This document shows, piece after piece, positions 10,795-18,767 of a DNA stretch of 64,000 bases. The position numbers were made by a program, and so were the translations under genes. Numbering within the stretch: the stretch's first letter is position 1; every line of letters begins with the position of its first letter. A model generated the notes under the pieces. That model had not been told where the DNA came from. It was given only the letters and a program-made list of their open reading frames with translations, and made no database searches. This DNA comes from Desulfuromonadaceae bacterium (GTDB lineage Bacteria > Desulfobacterota > Desulfuromonadia > Desulfuromonadales > Desulfuromonadaceae), in the NCBI GenBank assembly GCA_034007015.1, contig JAVERS010000004.1, positions 15,336-79,335 on the forward strand, written 5' to 3'.

Positions 10795-11079
10795 ATGAAA
10801 AAAGTAGTTGTAGCTCTCGTACTGGTAGCTTTTGTAGCTGGCCCTGCGCTTGCAGCTAAAGTGTACACTTACTCTGAAGACAGCAAGATTGGCACAGTAA
10901 GCTTTGATCACTCTGCACATGCTAAGTACGCAGGCGGTTGTGACAACGCTGCGTGCCACGGCGATGCTGGCCCTGGACCTCTCGAAGTGACTAAAGATCT
11001 TGCGCACGGTGCCATGTGTAAAAACTGTCACCAGAGCGACGGTGGCCCCACTGGTTGTAAAGACTGCCACGTAAAGTAA
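10795..11079 (+). CDS. Periplasmic triheme cytochrome c7 (PpcA family)
   Basis: Signal peptide ..GPALA|AKV. The mature part aligns by eye to Desulfuromonas c7 and Geobacter PpcA (VSFDHSAHA..C..CH..AHG..CKNCH..GPTGCKDCHVK). There are three heme sites; the first is CDNAACH. Confidence 0.9.
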   Translation: MKKVVVALVLVAFVAGPALAAKVYTYSEDSKIGTVSFDHSAHAKYAGGCDNAACHGDAGPGPLEVTKDLAHGAMCKNCHQSDGGPTGCKDCHVK

Positions 11080-11111
11080 GCAGTATCTGAACAATTCAGC
11101 ACAAAACAATA

Positions 11112-11150
11112 AAACAGGCAGTTCTACACCACGTGGGGCTGCCTGTTTTG
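11112..11150 (+). terminator. Rho-independent terminator after the c7 gene
   Basis: 10-bp stem aaacaggcag / ctgcctgttt. The 3' arm runs into a U-tract (tttt g). Confidence 0.7.
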
Positions 11151-11374
11151 CGTTACGCCCAAGCTCCAACCTCACAGAGCGCTTTTTCTCAGCCCCCACC
11201 CAAACCCTTTCCGGACATCACCTCTTACGCCAACCAATCCTCAGCAAAGAGCAAAGCAATCGTACAATTCTTGACTTTACAAGTACGCTTCTCTAATCTG
11301 TGCCCACATGCAAGATTAACGGACGCGCAGAAGTAGACGAATAGAAGTATTAATAAAAAACACAGAGGTGCTTT

Positions 11375-11713
11375 ATGATCAGTGCAGTCAACAGTGCCGT
11401 ATCAGCCCTGCAGGTACAAGGTACCCGGCAGGAGGTAACTGCTAACAATGTCGCCAACAGCAGCACGGGCGGCTTTGAACCCAGCCGCGTAATTTCCCAA
11501 GAGGGGACTCAGGGGGGTGTATATGCAAGAGTCGACACACCTGCGGCGCAAGTGGTGGTAGATGAGTCTAAAGGTGTTACCCAACCGTCACGCACAGATA
11601 TCGCCACCCAGATGCTTGAAAGCCAGCAGACCACGCACATGTACAAAGCTAATCTCGAAACAGTTGGCACAGTCAACACCATGCAGGGAAATCTGCTCGA
11701 CACCATTGCGTAA
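11375..11713 (+). CDS. Small flagellar-rod (FlgC-like) family protein, orphan
   Basis: 112 aa. The N-terminus SALQVQGTRQEVTANNVANSSTGGF matches the Flg_bb_rod motif (..NNxAN..T.G[FY]). The C-terminus MYKANLETVGTVNTMQGNLLD resembles the FlgC C-terminus (SYQANIEVLNTVKSMMLKTL). GGAG-type RBS. Confidence 0.6.
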   Translation: MISAVNSAVSALQVQGTRQEVTANNVANSSTGGFEPSRVISQEGTQGGVYARVDTPAAQVVVDESKGVTQPSRTDIATQMLESQQTTHMYKANLETVGTVNTMQGNLLDTIA

Positions 11714-11780
11714 TCTGCACTTAACTTCTTAGCTGTCATTTCCTGCATATAGTTTTCTGCATATAGCATATTAACCTAAT

Positions 11781-11824
11781 AAAAAAGCGCCCCGACTGGA
11801 AGGATCTTCTGCCGGGGCGCTTTT
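11781..11824. terminator. Bidirectional rho-independent terminator
   Basis: aaaaaa-gcgccccg-(18 nt loop)-cggggcgc-tttt, lying between convergent genes that end at 11713 (+) and 11886 (-). Confidence 0.75.
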
Positions 11825-11885
11825 GCATCAACCGTCTGTCGACGATCTTCTCATATGTCCTTAATCAAACGCTCATCTTTGAGCT

Positions 11886-12644
11886 TTAGTCCTCTGCATT
11901 TTCAGACACAGGGGTAACTTCGAGCAGCTCTACATCAAAAATTAACGCAGATTCAGGGGGGATAACGCCACCACGTCCCTGAGAACCGTAGGCCAGATCT
12001 GCTGGGATCGCCAGTTGCCACTTATCCCCTTCCTGCATCAGTTGCAGCGCCTCTGTCCAACCGGGGATCACGTGATCAACCTGGAACTCGACTGGCTCAC
12101 CGCGCTGATAGGAGCTGTCAAACTCATTGCCATCCACCGTCGTGCCGCGGTAGTGCACTTTTACAATATCCCCACTTGCGGGGGTAGCCCCATCACCCTC
12201 CTGCTCCACCACATACATCAGGCCACTGTCAAGCGCAACAACACCAGTTTTCTGTGCGAAATCGGCCAGAAACGCTTCTGAAGCGGCCTTGTACTTCATA
12301 CGTTGCGCCTCCATCTCCTCCTGTTGTTTTTGCTGCACCTGCTGCTGGAAAGCCATGATTGTTGCGCTAATATCTTCACCACTCAGACGTGGCTCAATAC
12401 CTTCTTGCCCATCCTGAACTCCAAGCACCAAGGCATCGAGATCCAAAGTCACACCATTGCCTGCAAAACTGGTACCTATATCAAGCCCTACCGCATAGCT
12501 AACTTTTTGCTCTTGGGTGCCCAGACTCACATCCTGCGCCGCAACTCTCGCATCCTCAACCGAGCCACTTCCACGCGGTGATTCCTTGCATCCGGCAAGC
12601 AAGAGGAATAGTATTGCACCTATTACACTAAATTGTTTCAACAT
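11886..12644 (-). CDS. FKBP-type peptidyl-prolyl isomerase lipoprotein (FkpA/Mip-like)
   Basis: Lipobox LLAGC. The C-terminal FKBP domain has VHYRGTTVDGNEFDSSY..G..IPGWTEAL..M..G.KW.L.IP..LAYG. Confidence 0.9.
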   Translation of the reverse strand: MLKQFSVIGAILFLLLAGCKESPRGSGSVEDARVAAQDVSLGTQEQKVSYAVGLDIGTSFAGNGVTLDLDALVLGVQDGQEGIEPRLSGEDISATIMAFQQQVQQKQQEEMEAQRMKYKAASEAFLADFAQKTGVVALDSGLMYVVEQEGDGATPASGDIVKVHYRGTTVDGNEFDSSYQRGEPVEFQVDHVIPGWTEALQLMQEGDKWQLAIPADLAYGSQGRGGVIPPESALIFDVELLEVTPVSENAED

Positions 12645-12693
12645 GACCGATTAATCCTTTCCTTAAAGTGAAATAAATTTGAATATTCTGCCC

Positions 12694-13680
12694 ATGAACC
12701 TACATTCAATTTTACAGCTTGCCAACCAAAAACCTGTCGTACTCCAGATTGCCTCCAAAGCAGAAAACCTATCCAAGTTCCGAGCAGCTGCTTGGAGAAG
12801 AAGGTTTTTGCTCCTGAGTCTGATAGTTTTTACCCTCTACACCCTGGCTCCTACTAATGCTATTGGAGCAACTCGCAGCAAGGGACTGAGCCTGATTGCT
12901 AGTGTGCCCCCGCAGGAATACCTGCTCAACAAACTCAAGACTCCCCAAAGCGTGGTCAACGTTGTGATAAAGCCGGGGCAGAACCCCACCACCTGGGATC
13001 CATCCCCACGTCAGATGCAAAAGATCGTAAGCGCAGATATCATGTTTCCCATTGGAGTACCCTTTGAAGCAATCTGGTTGCCGCGCCTGCGTGAACGCGC
13101 CCCCAGTTTAGTTATTGCAGATACCCTTGTGGGGGTAGAGCACATGGAAATCGAGCACCATTACCACCATGGGCACGAAGCTAGGCACGGAAGCATCGAT
13201 CCCCATATCTGGCTTGATCCGCTACGCTGCATCCGCATGGCAGAAAACATGGCGGCAACGCTGCAGCAAATAGATCCAGCGCAGTTTGATTTCTACGCCG
13301 AGCGCTTAGAACATTTACGTACCGAGTTGCAACAGCTGCACCACGATATCGAAAAAATCCTTACCCCCCTGCAGCAGCGCACCTTCATGGTGTTTCATCC
13401 CTCATGGGGATACTTTGCTGCGCGTTACAATCTGCAGCAAATAGCGCTGGAAAAAGATGGCAAAGAGCCAAGTGGTGCACATCTGGCCCGCCTCATAGAA
13501 CAGGCGCAGCAGGAACAGATAAAAGTAATTTTTGTCCAACAGCAGTTCAGCACCAAGGCCGCGCGCGCCATTGCGGCGCAAACTGGGGCGCGCATAGAAA
13601 CCTTAGATCCCCTTGCCTCTGATCTGGCAGATTCATTACGGCGTACAGCACGAACCCTAGCCCGGAGCCTAGCGCTATGA
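12694..13680 (+). CDS. znuA: Zinc ABC transporter substrate-binding protein (cluster-9, ZnuA-like)
   Basis: His-rich loop EHHYHHGHEARHGSIDPHIW typical of ZnuA, followed by ATPase and permease genes. Start at ATG 12694 (a TTG at 12679 is possible). The hydrophobic signal segment is preceded by WRRRFLL. Confidence 0.8.
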   Translation: MNLHSILQLANQKPVVLQIASKAENLSKFRAAAWRRRFLLLSLIVFTLYTLAPTNAIGATRSKGLSLIASVPPQEYLLNKLKTPQSVVNVVIKPGQNPTTWDPSPRQMQKIVSADIMFPIGVPFEAIWLPRLRERAPSLVIADTLVGVEHMEIEHHYHHGHEARHGSIDPHIWLDPLRCIRMAENMAATLQQIDPAQFDFYAERLEHLRTELQQLHHDIEKILTPLQQRTFMVFHPSWGYFAARYNLQQIALEKDGKEPSGAHLARLIEQAQQEQIKVIFVQQQFSTKAARAIAAQTGARIETLDPLASDLADSLRRTARTLARSLAL

Positions 13681-14429
13681 GTAGCCCCAGCATCGAGATT
13701 AGCAATGTCAGCTTCTCCTATCCGCAGCTTCAGGTGCTCAAGGATATAAACCTCACCTTACACGAGGATGAATTTCTCGGCATTGTTGGGCCTAACGGCG
13801 GGGGAAAAAGCACCCTCCTGAAATTGATTTTAGGGTTGCTCACACCCGCCACCGGAGAGATCCGCGTGTTAGGACGCACCCCAGAGCAAGCCCGCCCCTT
13901 GCTGGGCTACGTGCCCCAGTTTGCCACCTTCGACAGCAAATTCCCCATCAAGGTTCGTGATACCGTAATGCAGGGACGCTTTGGCACCCGCGCACATCAG
14001 TTTTTCTATACCCGTACCGACCGCCTTAAAACCGCAGAGGCGATGGAGCGCACCGATATTCTGGACCTGCAGGATCATCCCATGACCGCCCTATCTGGAG
14101 GACAGCGCCAGCGCGTCCTCATTGCGCGAGCGTTGGCGTGCGACCCCCAACTACTGCTGCTGGATGAACCCACTGCCAACATTGATCCCTACCATGGCGA
14201 AAACATCTTTGGTCTGCTCCACCGTCTTCATGACGAGGTGAGTATCGTCCTCATTTCCCATGACATAGGCTTTATTACCCGCTGCGTTACCCGCGTTGCG
14301 TGTCTCAACCGCACCCTGGTGTGCCACTCCACCTCGCCGGTAGAAAGCGATCTGCTCCAAGAGATCTACGGCATGCCCCTCTCACGTGTGGAACACACCA
14401 CCAATCTTGGCACTGGAGTGAGCGTATGA
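13677..14429 (+). CDS. znuC: Zinc ABC transporter ATP-binding protein
   Basis: Walker A GPNGGGKST, signature LSGGQRQR, Walker B LLLLDEP. Overlaps the znuA stop by 4 nt. Confidence 0.9.
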   Translation: MSSPSIEISNVSFSYPQLQVLKDINLTLHEDEFLGIVGPNGGGKSTLLKLILGLLTPATGEIRVLGRTPEQARPLLGYVPQFATFDSKFPIKVRDTVMQGRFGTRAHQFFYTRTDRLKTAEAMERTDILDLQDHPMTALSGGQRQRVLIARALACDPQLLLLDEPTANIDPYHGENIFGLLHRLHDEVSIVLISHDIGFITRCVTRVACLNRTLVCHSTSPVESDLLQEIYGMPLSRVEHTTNLGTGVSV

Positions 14430-15292
14430 ATTTTTTCGCAGCACTAGGTACCTTCGATTTCCTTACAAACGCTCTTTGGGGAGGCCTCCTTGCCAGTGTT
14501 GCGTGCGGCATAGTGGGAACATTTGTAGTGGTGCGGCGCATTGGCTACATGGCAGGGGGGATCGCTCATGCTGTTCTAGGTGGGATGGGAATTGCGTACT
14601 ACCTGGGACATCCCCCTATGGGGGGAGCCCTTATAAGTGCTCTCATAGCTGCGTTTATTATAAGCGCAGTCAGTCGGCATGCATCTGAGCAGGAAGACAC
14701 TATTATAAGCGCCTTGTGGGCGGTAGGGATGGCTACCGGGGTTCTATTCATCGCAAAAACACCTGGCTACAATGTCGATCTGATGAGCTACCTGTTCGGC
14801 AATGTGCTCATGATCTCGCAGCATGACTTGCTATTTATCGCGGTCCTCGATATTGCTATCTTTGCGATCACATTTATATTCTACCGCCAATTAGTGCTGG
14901 TGTGCTTTGATCCGGAATTCGCCACCATCCGTGGGATTCGAGTGGGGACCATACACACTATGCTGCTGTGCATGGTTGCTTTGACGGTGGTGATCTTGAT
15001 CCAGATTGTAGGGCTGATTCTGGTGATTGCAATGCTGACCCTGCCTGCGGCAAGTGCGCGTCTGTTTTCCACCTCGTTGGCGCTTATGATGCTTATCGCC
15101 ACTCTACTGGGTGGAATGCTCACTAGCGTGGGGCTGGGGCTCTCCTTCACTTGGGACCTGCCTGCGGGAGCGAGCACCGCAGTCTTGAGCGGCATGGCAT
15201 ACCTGGTAGCACTGGGGGGGAAAAAATGGTGGAACTCCCGCACTAAATCCAGATCGCAGCGACGTGGATCCAGCGTCGGATTATCATCTTGA
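14426..15292 (+). CDS. znuB: Zinc ABC transporter permease
   Basis: Polytopic membrane protein. Start set at MNFFAALG, where ATG 14426 overlaps the znuC TGA (ATGA coupling). The ORF-track start at 14300 lies inside znuC. Confidence 0.85.
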   Translation: MNFFAALGTFDFLTNALWGGLLASVACGIVGTFVVVRRIGYMAGGIAHAVLGGMGIAYYLGHPPMGGALISALIAAFIISAVSRHASEQEDTIISALWAVGMATGVLFIAKTPGYNVDLMSYLFGNVLMISQHDLLFIAVLDIAIFAITFIFYRQLVLVCFDPEFATIRGIRVGTIHTMLLCMVALTVVILIQIVGLILVIAMLTLPAASARLFSTSLALMMLIATLLGGMLTSVGLGLSFTWDLPAGASTAVLSGMAYLVALGGKKWWNSRTKSRSQRRGSSVGLSS

Positions 15293-15446
15293 CGCTCACC
15301 ATCCACATCTCTACACTTGCATCCATTACTAACCGCACAAAACAGCGCTTCTGCACTAGCATTCAGCCTCGTTAACGCGTAACGGCAAAGAGACTGAATG
15401 ATTATTTTTCACACACGGGCTTACACCCCTGGGATTTATATATTTC

Positions 15447-15695
15447 ATGTGTCCATTATCAAAATGCAAATGTGGCGAAGTGGTCTACGTTAAGGGCTTT
15501 AGCGGCTGCCCCAATTTACGCAAACGTTTACACGGAATGGGGCTGATACCCGGTGAGGAGATCCGCATTATTTCGTGCGGGCGGGGACCTATGGTTATTT
15601 CGGTTAAAGGAACCAATGTCGCGCTGGGGCGCGGGATGGCCGAGCATATTATGGTTGCGTGTACGCGTAGTTGCCCCCTATCTTCCCGCCCGTAA
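15447..15695 (+). CDS. FeoA-domain protein (no adjacent feoB)
   Basis: 82 aa. G..V.V..F.G....RKRLHGMGLIPGEEIRII....GPMVISVKGTNVALGRGMAEHIMV matches the FeoA SH3-like domain pattern. Confidence 0.7.
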   Translation: MCPLSKCKCGEVVYVKGFSGCPNLRKRLHGMGLIPGEEIRIISCGRGPMVISVKGTNVALGRGMAEHIMVACTRSCPLSSRP

Positions 15696-15817
15696 GACAC
15701 TCAACACATCCTCTAACCAAACTTTTACATTGCGTTAAAATAACCATTATAAAAACACCCACTTTTCTGCTAGAATGCGTATTCTTACAGAATCGCCCCA
15801 CCTTGAATGGAGTTGGA

Positions 15818-16777
15818 ATGTTTGCCTATTTGCACCGCATCCTCCCCTGCTACTATGCCCTACTAAGCATTCTGCTTGGTTTGTCTCTGGCATGGGCATT
15901 CAGCAATGCTACCGCACTGTATCTGGACTCTGGCATTGATATATCCCAAGTGCTAGAGCAACAGAAAGCAGCCCCAAGTAACACCTTACCCCCAGACAAC
16001 AAAGTCATTTTGCAACGCAATATCTTCAATTCAGCCCATGTCTCTTCTGGGGACGCGCCACACAGTACGACTCTTACCACGGGAAATGGCTCCTCTGCTG
16101 CGGAGGAAAGTCGAAGCGGGAATGCGCTCTCCGATACGGAGCTTGCTGGACGCAACATCAAGGAAGCAAAAAATCTGCAGCTGGTTGGAACCATAGCGGG
16201 TGTACAAGAGGCCCTTGCGGTTATAAGTAGCGCCGGGGAGATCGGAGTCTATCGTCTTGGTGACCCCATCGCCACCAGTGCCAAAGTGGTAAAAATTGAA
16301 CGTCTGCGTGTATATGTGGAAAACTCAGACACATCCATATCGATTCTCGAACTTGATGCCGAATTTGGCGTCAGTGCCTCTCCGGTTTCGACTTCTGACA
16401 GTGCCGCACGCGGCTCCATATCGGCCTCTGGCAGCGGGGGTATACAACAAGTCAATGATACCAGCTGGCGAATAAGCAATGAGCGTGCGGAACTAATACG
16501 CAGCAACATCGCCACCGTAGTGCGCGAAGCTCGGGTAGAGCCGGTGGTAAACCAAGGGCAGACCCTAGGCTTCGTGGTAAAGTATATCCAGCCTGGCACC
16601 CTACTTACCGAGATGGGGCTAAGACGGGGGGACATACTCAAACAGGTCAATGGTATCAGCCTCGACAGTCCGGAAAAAGGGTTGCAAGTATTTCAACAAC
16701 TGCGTGAAAGCAAAAGCATGGACCTTGGGATAGAACGCAACAACACTCCGATGACGTTTAAGTACGAAATCAGATAA
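15818..16777 (+). CDS. gspC: Type II secretion system protein C (PDZ-containing)
   Basis: N-terminal TM helix and a C-terminal PDZ domain (GFVVKYIQPGTLLTEMGLRRGDILKQVNGISL). Directly upstream of the secretin gene. Start set at ATG 15818 after a GGAG. Confidence 0.75.
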   Translation: MFAYLHRILPCYYALLSILLGLSLAWAFSNATALYLDSGIDISQVLEQQKAAPSNTLPPDNKVILQRNIFNSAHVSSGDAPHSTTLTTGNGSSAAEESRSGNALSDTELAGRNIKEAKNLQLVGTIAGVQEALAVISSAGEIGVYRLGDPIATSAKVVKIERLRVYVENSDTSISILELDAEFGVSASPVSTSDSAARGSISASGSGGIQQVNDTSWRISNERAELIRSNIATVVREARVEPVVNQGQTLGFVVKYIQPGTLLTEMGLRRGDILKQVNGISLDSPEKGLQVFQQLRESKSMDLGIERNNTPMTFKYEIR

Positions 16778-16794
16778 AACAAAGGAGATTACCG

Positions 16795-18765
16795 GTGTTA
16801 ACTCGACCTATCTGCCGCTCTGTAACGGCCGCCATTCTGGCCCTGGCCCTGCTTCTCCCCGGCGTCTGGAACGCAGGGACCAGTGCGCTAGCTGCGCCTG
16901 AAGAAGCGATCACCCTTGATTTCAAGGATATTGAGCTCTCTGATTTCATCCAGACCATCAGCGAACTCACGGGGAAAAACTTCGTCTATGACCAAAGTGT
17001 CCGCGGCAAAGCGACTATCATCTCCTCTCAACCCATGACGCGCGACGAAGCGTACCGGCTTTTTCTCACGGTTATGAATATCAAGGGTTACACCGTAGTG
17101 CCCTCGGGGAGCACCAATAAGATTATTGAGATCAAGGATGCGCGGGTCAACAGTCTGCCCACCTCCGGATACGCCAACTCCAGCGACCAGTATGTCACCC
17201 GCATGTTAACCCTGAAGCATATCGATGCGGCAGACGTAGCAAGCGCCATCATCAGTCCACTGATGGCACAGACCGGCAATATCGTGGTGTATGAGCCCTC
17301 GAACAAACTTATCATCACCGATAATGCCGCCAACATTCAGCGTTTTGCCACCATCTTACGCGAACTGGATCAACCTGGTGATGTGCAACAGATGCGCGTC
17401 ATCGAGCTTCGCTATGCAGATGCGGTAGAGACCGCCAAAATTTGCAACGACTTGCTTGAAAGCGGGGATACCACCTCGGCCCGCACCCGACGCGACCGCA
17501 AGGTAACCACCAGCTCCACCAGCACAAAAAGCAAAATCATCGCCTATGAACGTGCCAACAAACTAATTGCCGCGGTGACCGATGAAGAGCTGAAACTGCT
17601 CACCAATCTGATCAAGGAACTGGACCGAAAGCCCACACAGGATCAGTCGCGCATCAACCTGTATGCGCTCAAAAATGCCGATGCTGTCAGTTTAAGTGAG
17701 AGTCTTAACACCATGCTCAGCGGTGAAAAACCTGGCGCGGATAAAACCAGCCCCGGCATGGCCAAAACTGCTTTTTCATCCGCCATCACCATTTCGCCGG
17801 ATAAACCCACCAACTCCCTGATTATTAACGCCACCCCAGAGGATTACCGCGCTATTGAGAATATCATCCGCGAACTGGATGTCCAGCGACGCCAGGTGTA
17901 TGTGGAGGCTCTGATTCTTGAACTCTCCATGCAGGCCACGGAAGACTTGGGCATCGGACTGCAAGGTGGCTTCGAAGCCGGGAGTGATGGGGTTATCGGT
18001 GGAAGCATCAATATGGATGGCACTGTCGATGCCAGCCTCCTGAACACCTCGGTGCAGGGGATACTCGCCGGCGGGTTCGGAAAATTGATAAGCTATACCG
18101 ACACAAGCGGTAATACCATCAGCATCCCCGCATTTTCCGCCCTGTTGAGGTTGTCTAAAACCGACAGCGATGTCAACATCCTCTCCGCGCCACGTCTGCT
18201 CACCTCCGATAACGAGGAAGCTGAAATCATAGTGGGGAGCAACGTCCCTATTATCACCTCAACCTTGACCGATACGGGCAGCAGAGATGGTCTGGCCCAA
18301 AGTTCCACGGTAGAGCGGAAAGATGTCGCCCTGATCCTGCGCATTACCCCCCAGATAATCGACGGCGACCAGCTGCGCATGAAGATCTACCAGGAGACCA
18401 CCGCCATCGACAACACCAACACCGTTGGCAATGTCGACGAAGTGGGACCGACGTTCACAACCCGAAAGTTGACAAGTACGGTACTGGCTCGCAATAGTCA
18501 GAATATCGTTCTGGGTGGTCTTATTTCAACCGACAAGCAGCGCATCATAACCAAGGTACCTCTGCTGGGAGATATTCCGCTGCTCGGGTATCTGTTCAGA
18601 TCCTCGTATGTTGAAGACAAGAAGACCAACCTGCTTATTTTTATAACCCCCACCATCATCGAATCGGCGCAGGTGTTGGATGAAATCACCAAAGATGAAC
18701 AACTGGAATTTGATAAATTACGTATCGAATTGGGACAGGCATCTGATGTCACGGAGCGGAAGTAG
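16795..18765 (+). CDS. gspD: Type II secretion system secretin
   Basis: 656 aa. Signal peptide, N0-N3 domains, and a secretin domain with VPLLGDIPLLGYLFRS. GTG start after an AAGGAGA. Confidence 0.95.
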   Translation: MLTRPICRSVTAAILALALLLPGVWNAGTSALAAPEEAITLDFKDIELSDFIQTISELTGKNFVYDQSVRGKATIISSQPMTRDEAYRLFLTVMNIKGYTVVPSGSTNKIIEIKDARVNSLPTSGYANSSDQYVTRMLTLKHIDAADVASAIISPLMAQTGNIVVYEPSNKLIITDNAANIQRFATILRELDQPGDVQQMRVIELRYADAVETAKICNDLLESGDTTSARTRRDRKVTTSSTSTKSKIIAYERANKLIAAVTDEELKLLTNLIKELDRKPTQDQSRINLYALKNADAVSLSESLNTMLSGEKPGADKTSPGMAKTAFSSAITISPDKPTNSLIINATPEDYRAIENIIRELDVQRRQVYVEALILELSMQATEDLGIGLQGGFEAGSDGVIGGSINMDGTVDASLLNTSVQGILAGGFGKLISYTDTSGNTISIPAFSALLRLSKTDSDVNILSAPRLLTSDNEEAEIIVGSNVPIITSTLTDTGSRDGLAQSSTVERKDVALILRITPQIIDGDQLRMKIYQETTAIDNTNTVGNVDEVGPTFTTRKLTSTVLARNSQNIVLGGLISTDKQRIITKVPLLGDIPLLGYLFRSSYVEDKKTNLLIFITPTIIESAQVLDEITKDEQLEFDKLRIELGQASDVTERK

Positions 18766-18767
18766 GG

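Noticed and set aside
14300-14425. ORF-track N-terminal extension of znuB
   Set aside because: It lies wholly inside znuC in another frame. The permease-like sequence begins at MNFFAALG, whose ATG overlaps the znuC stop.
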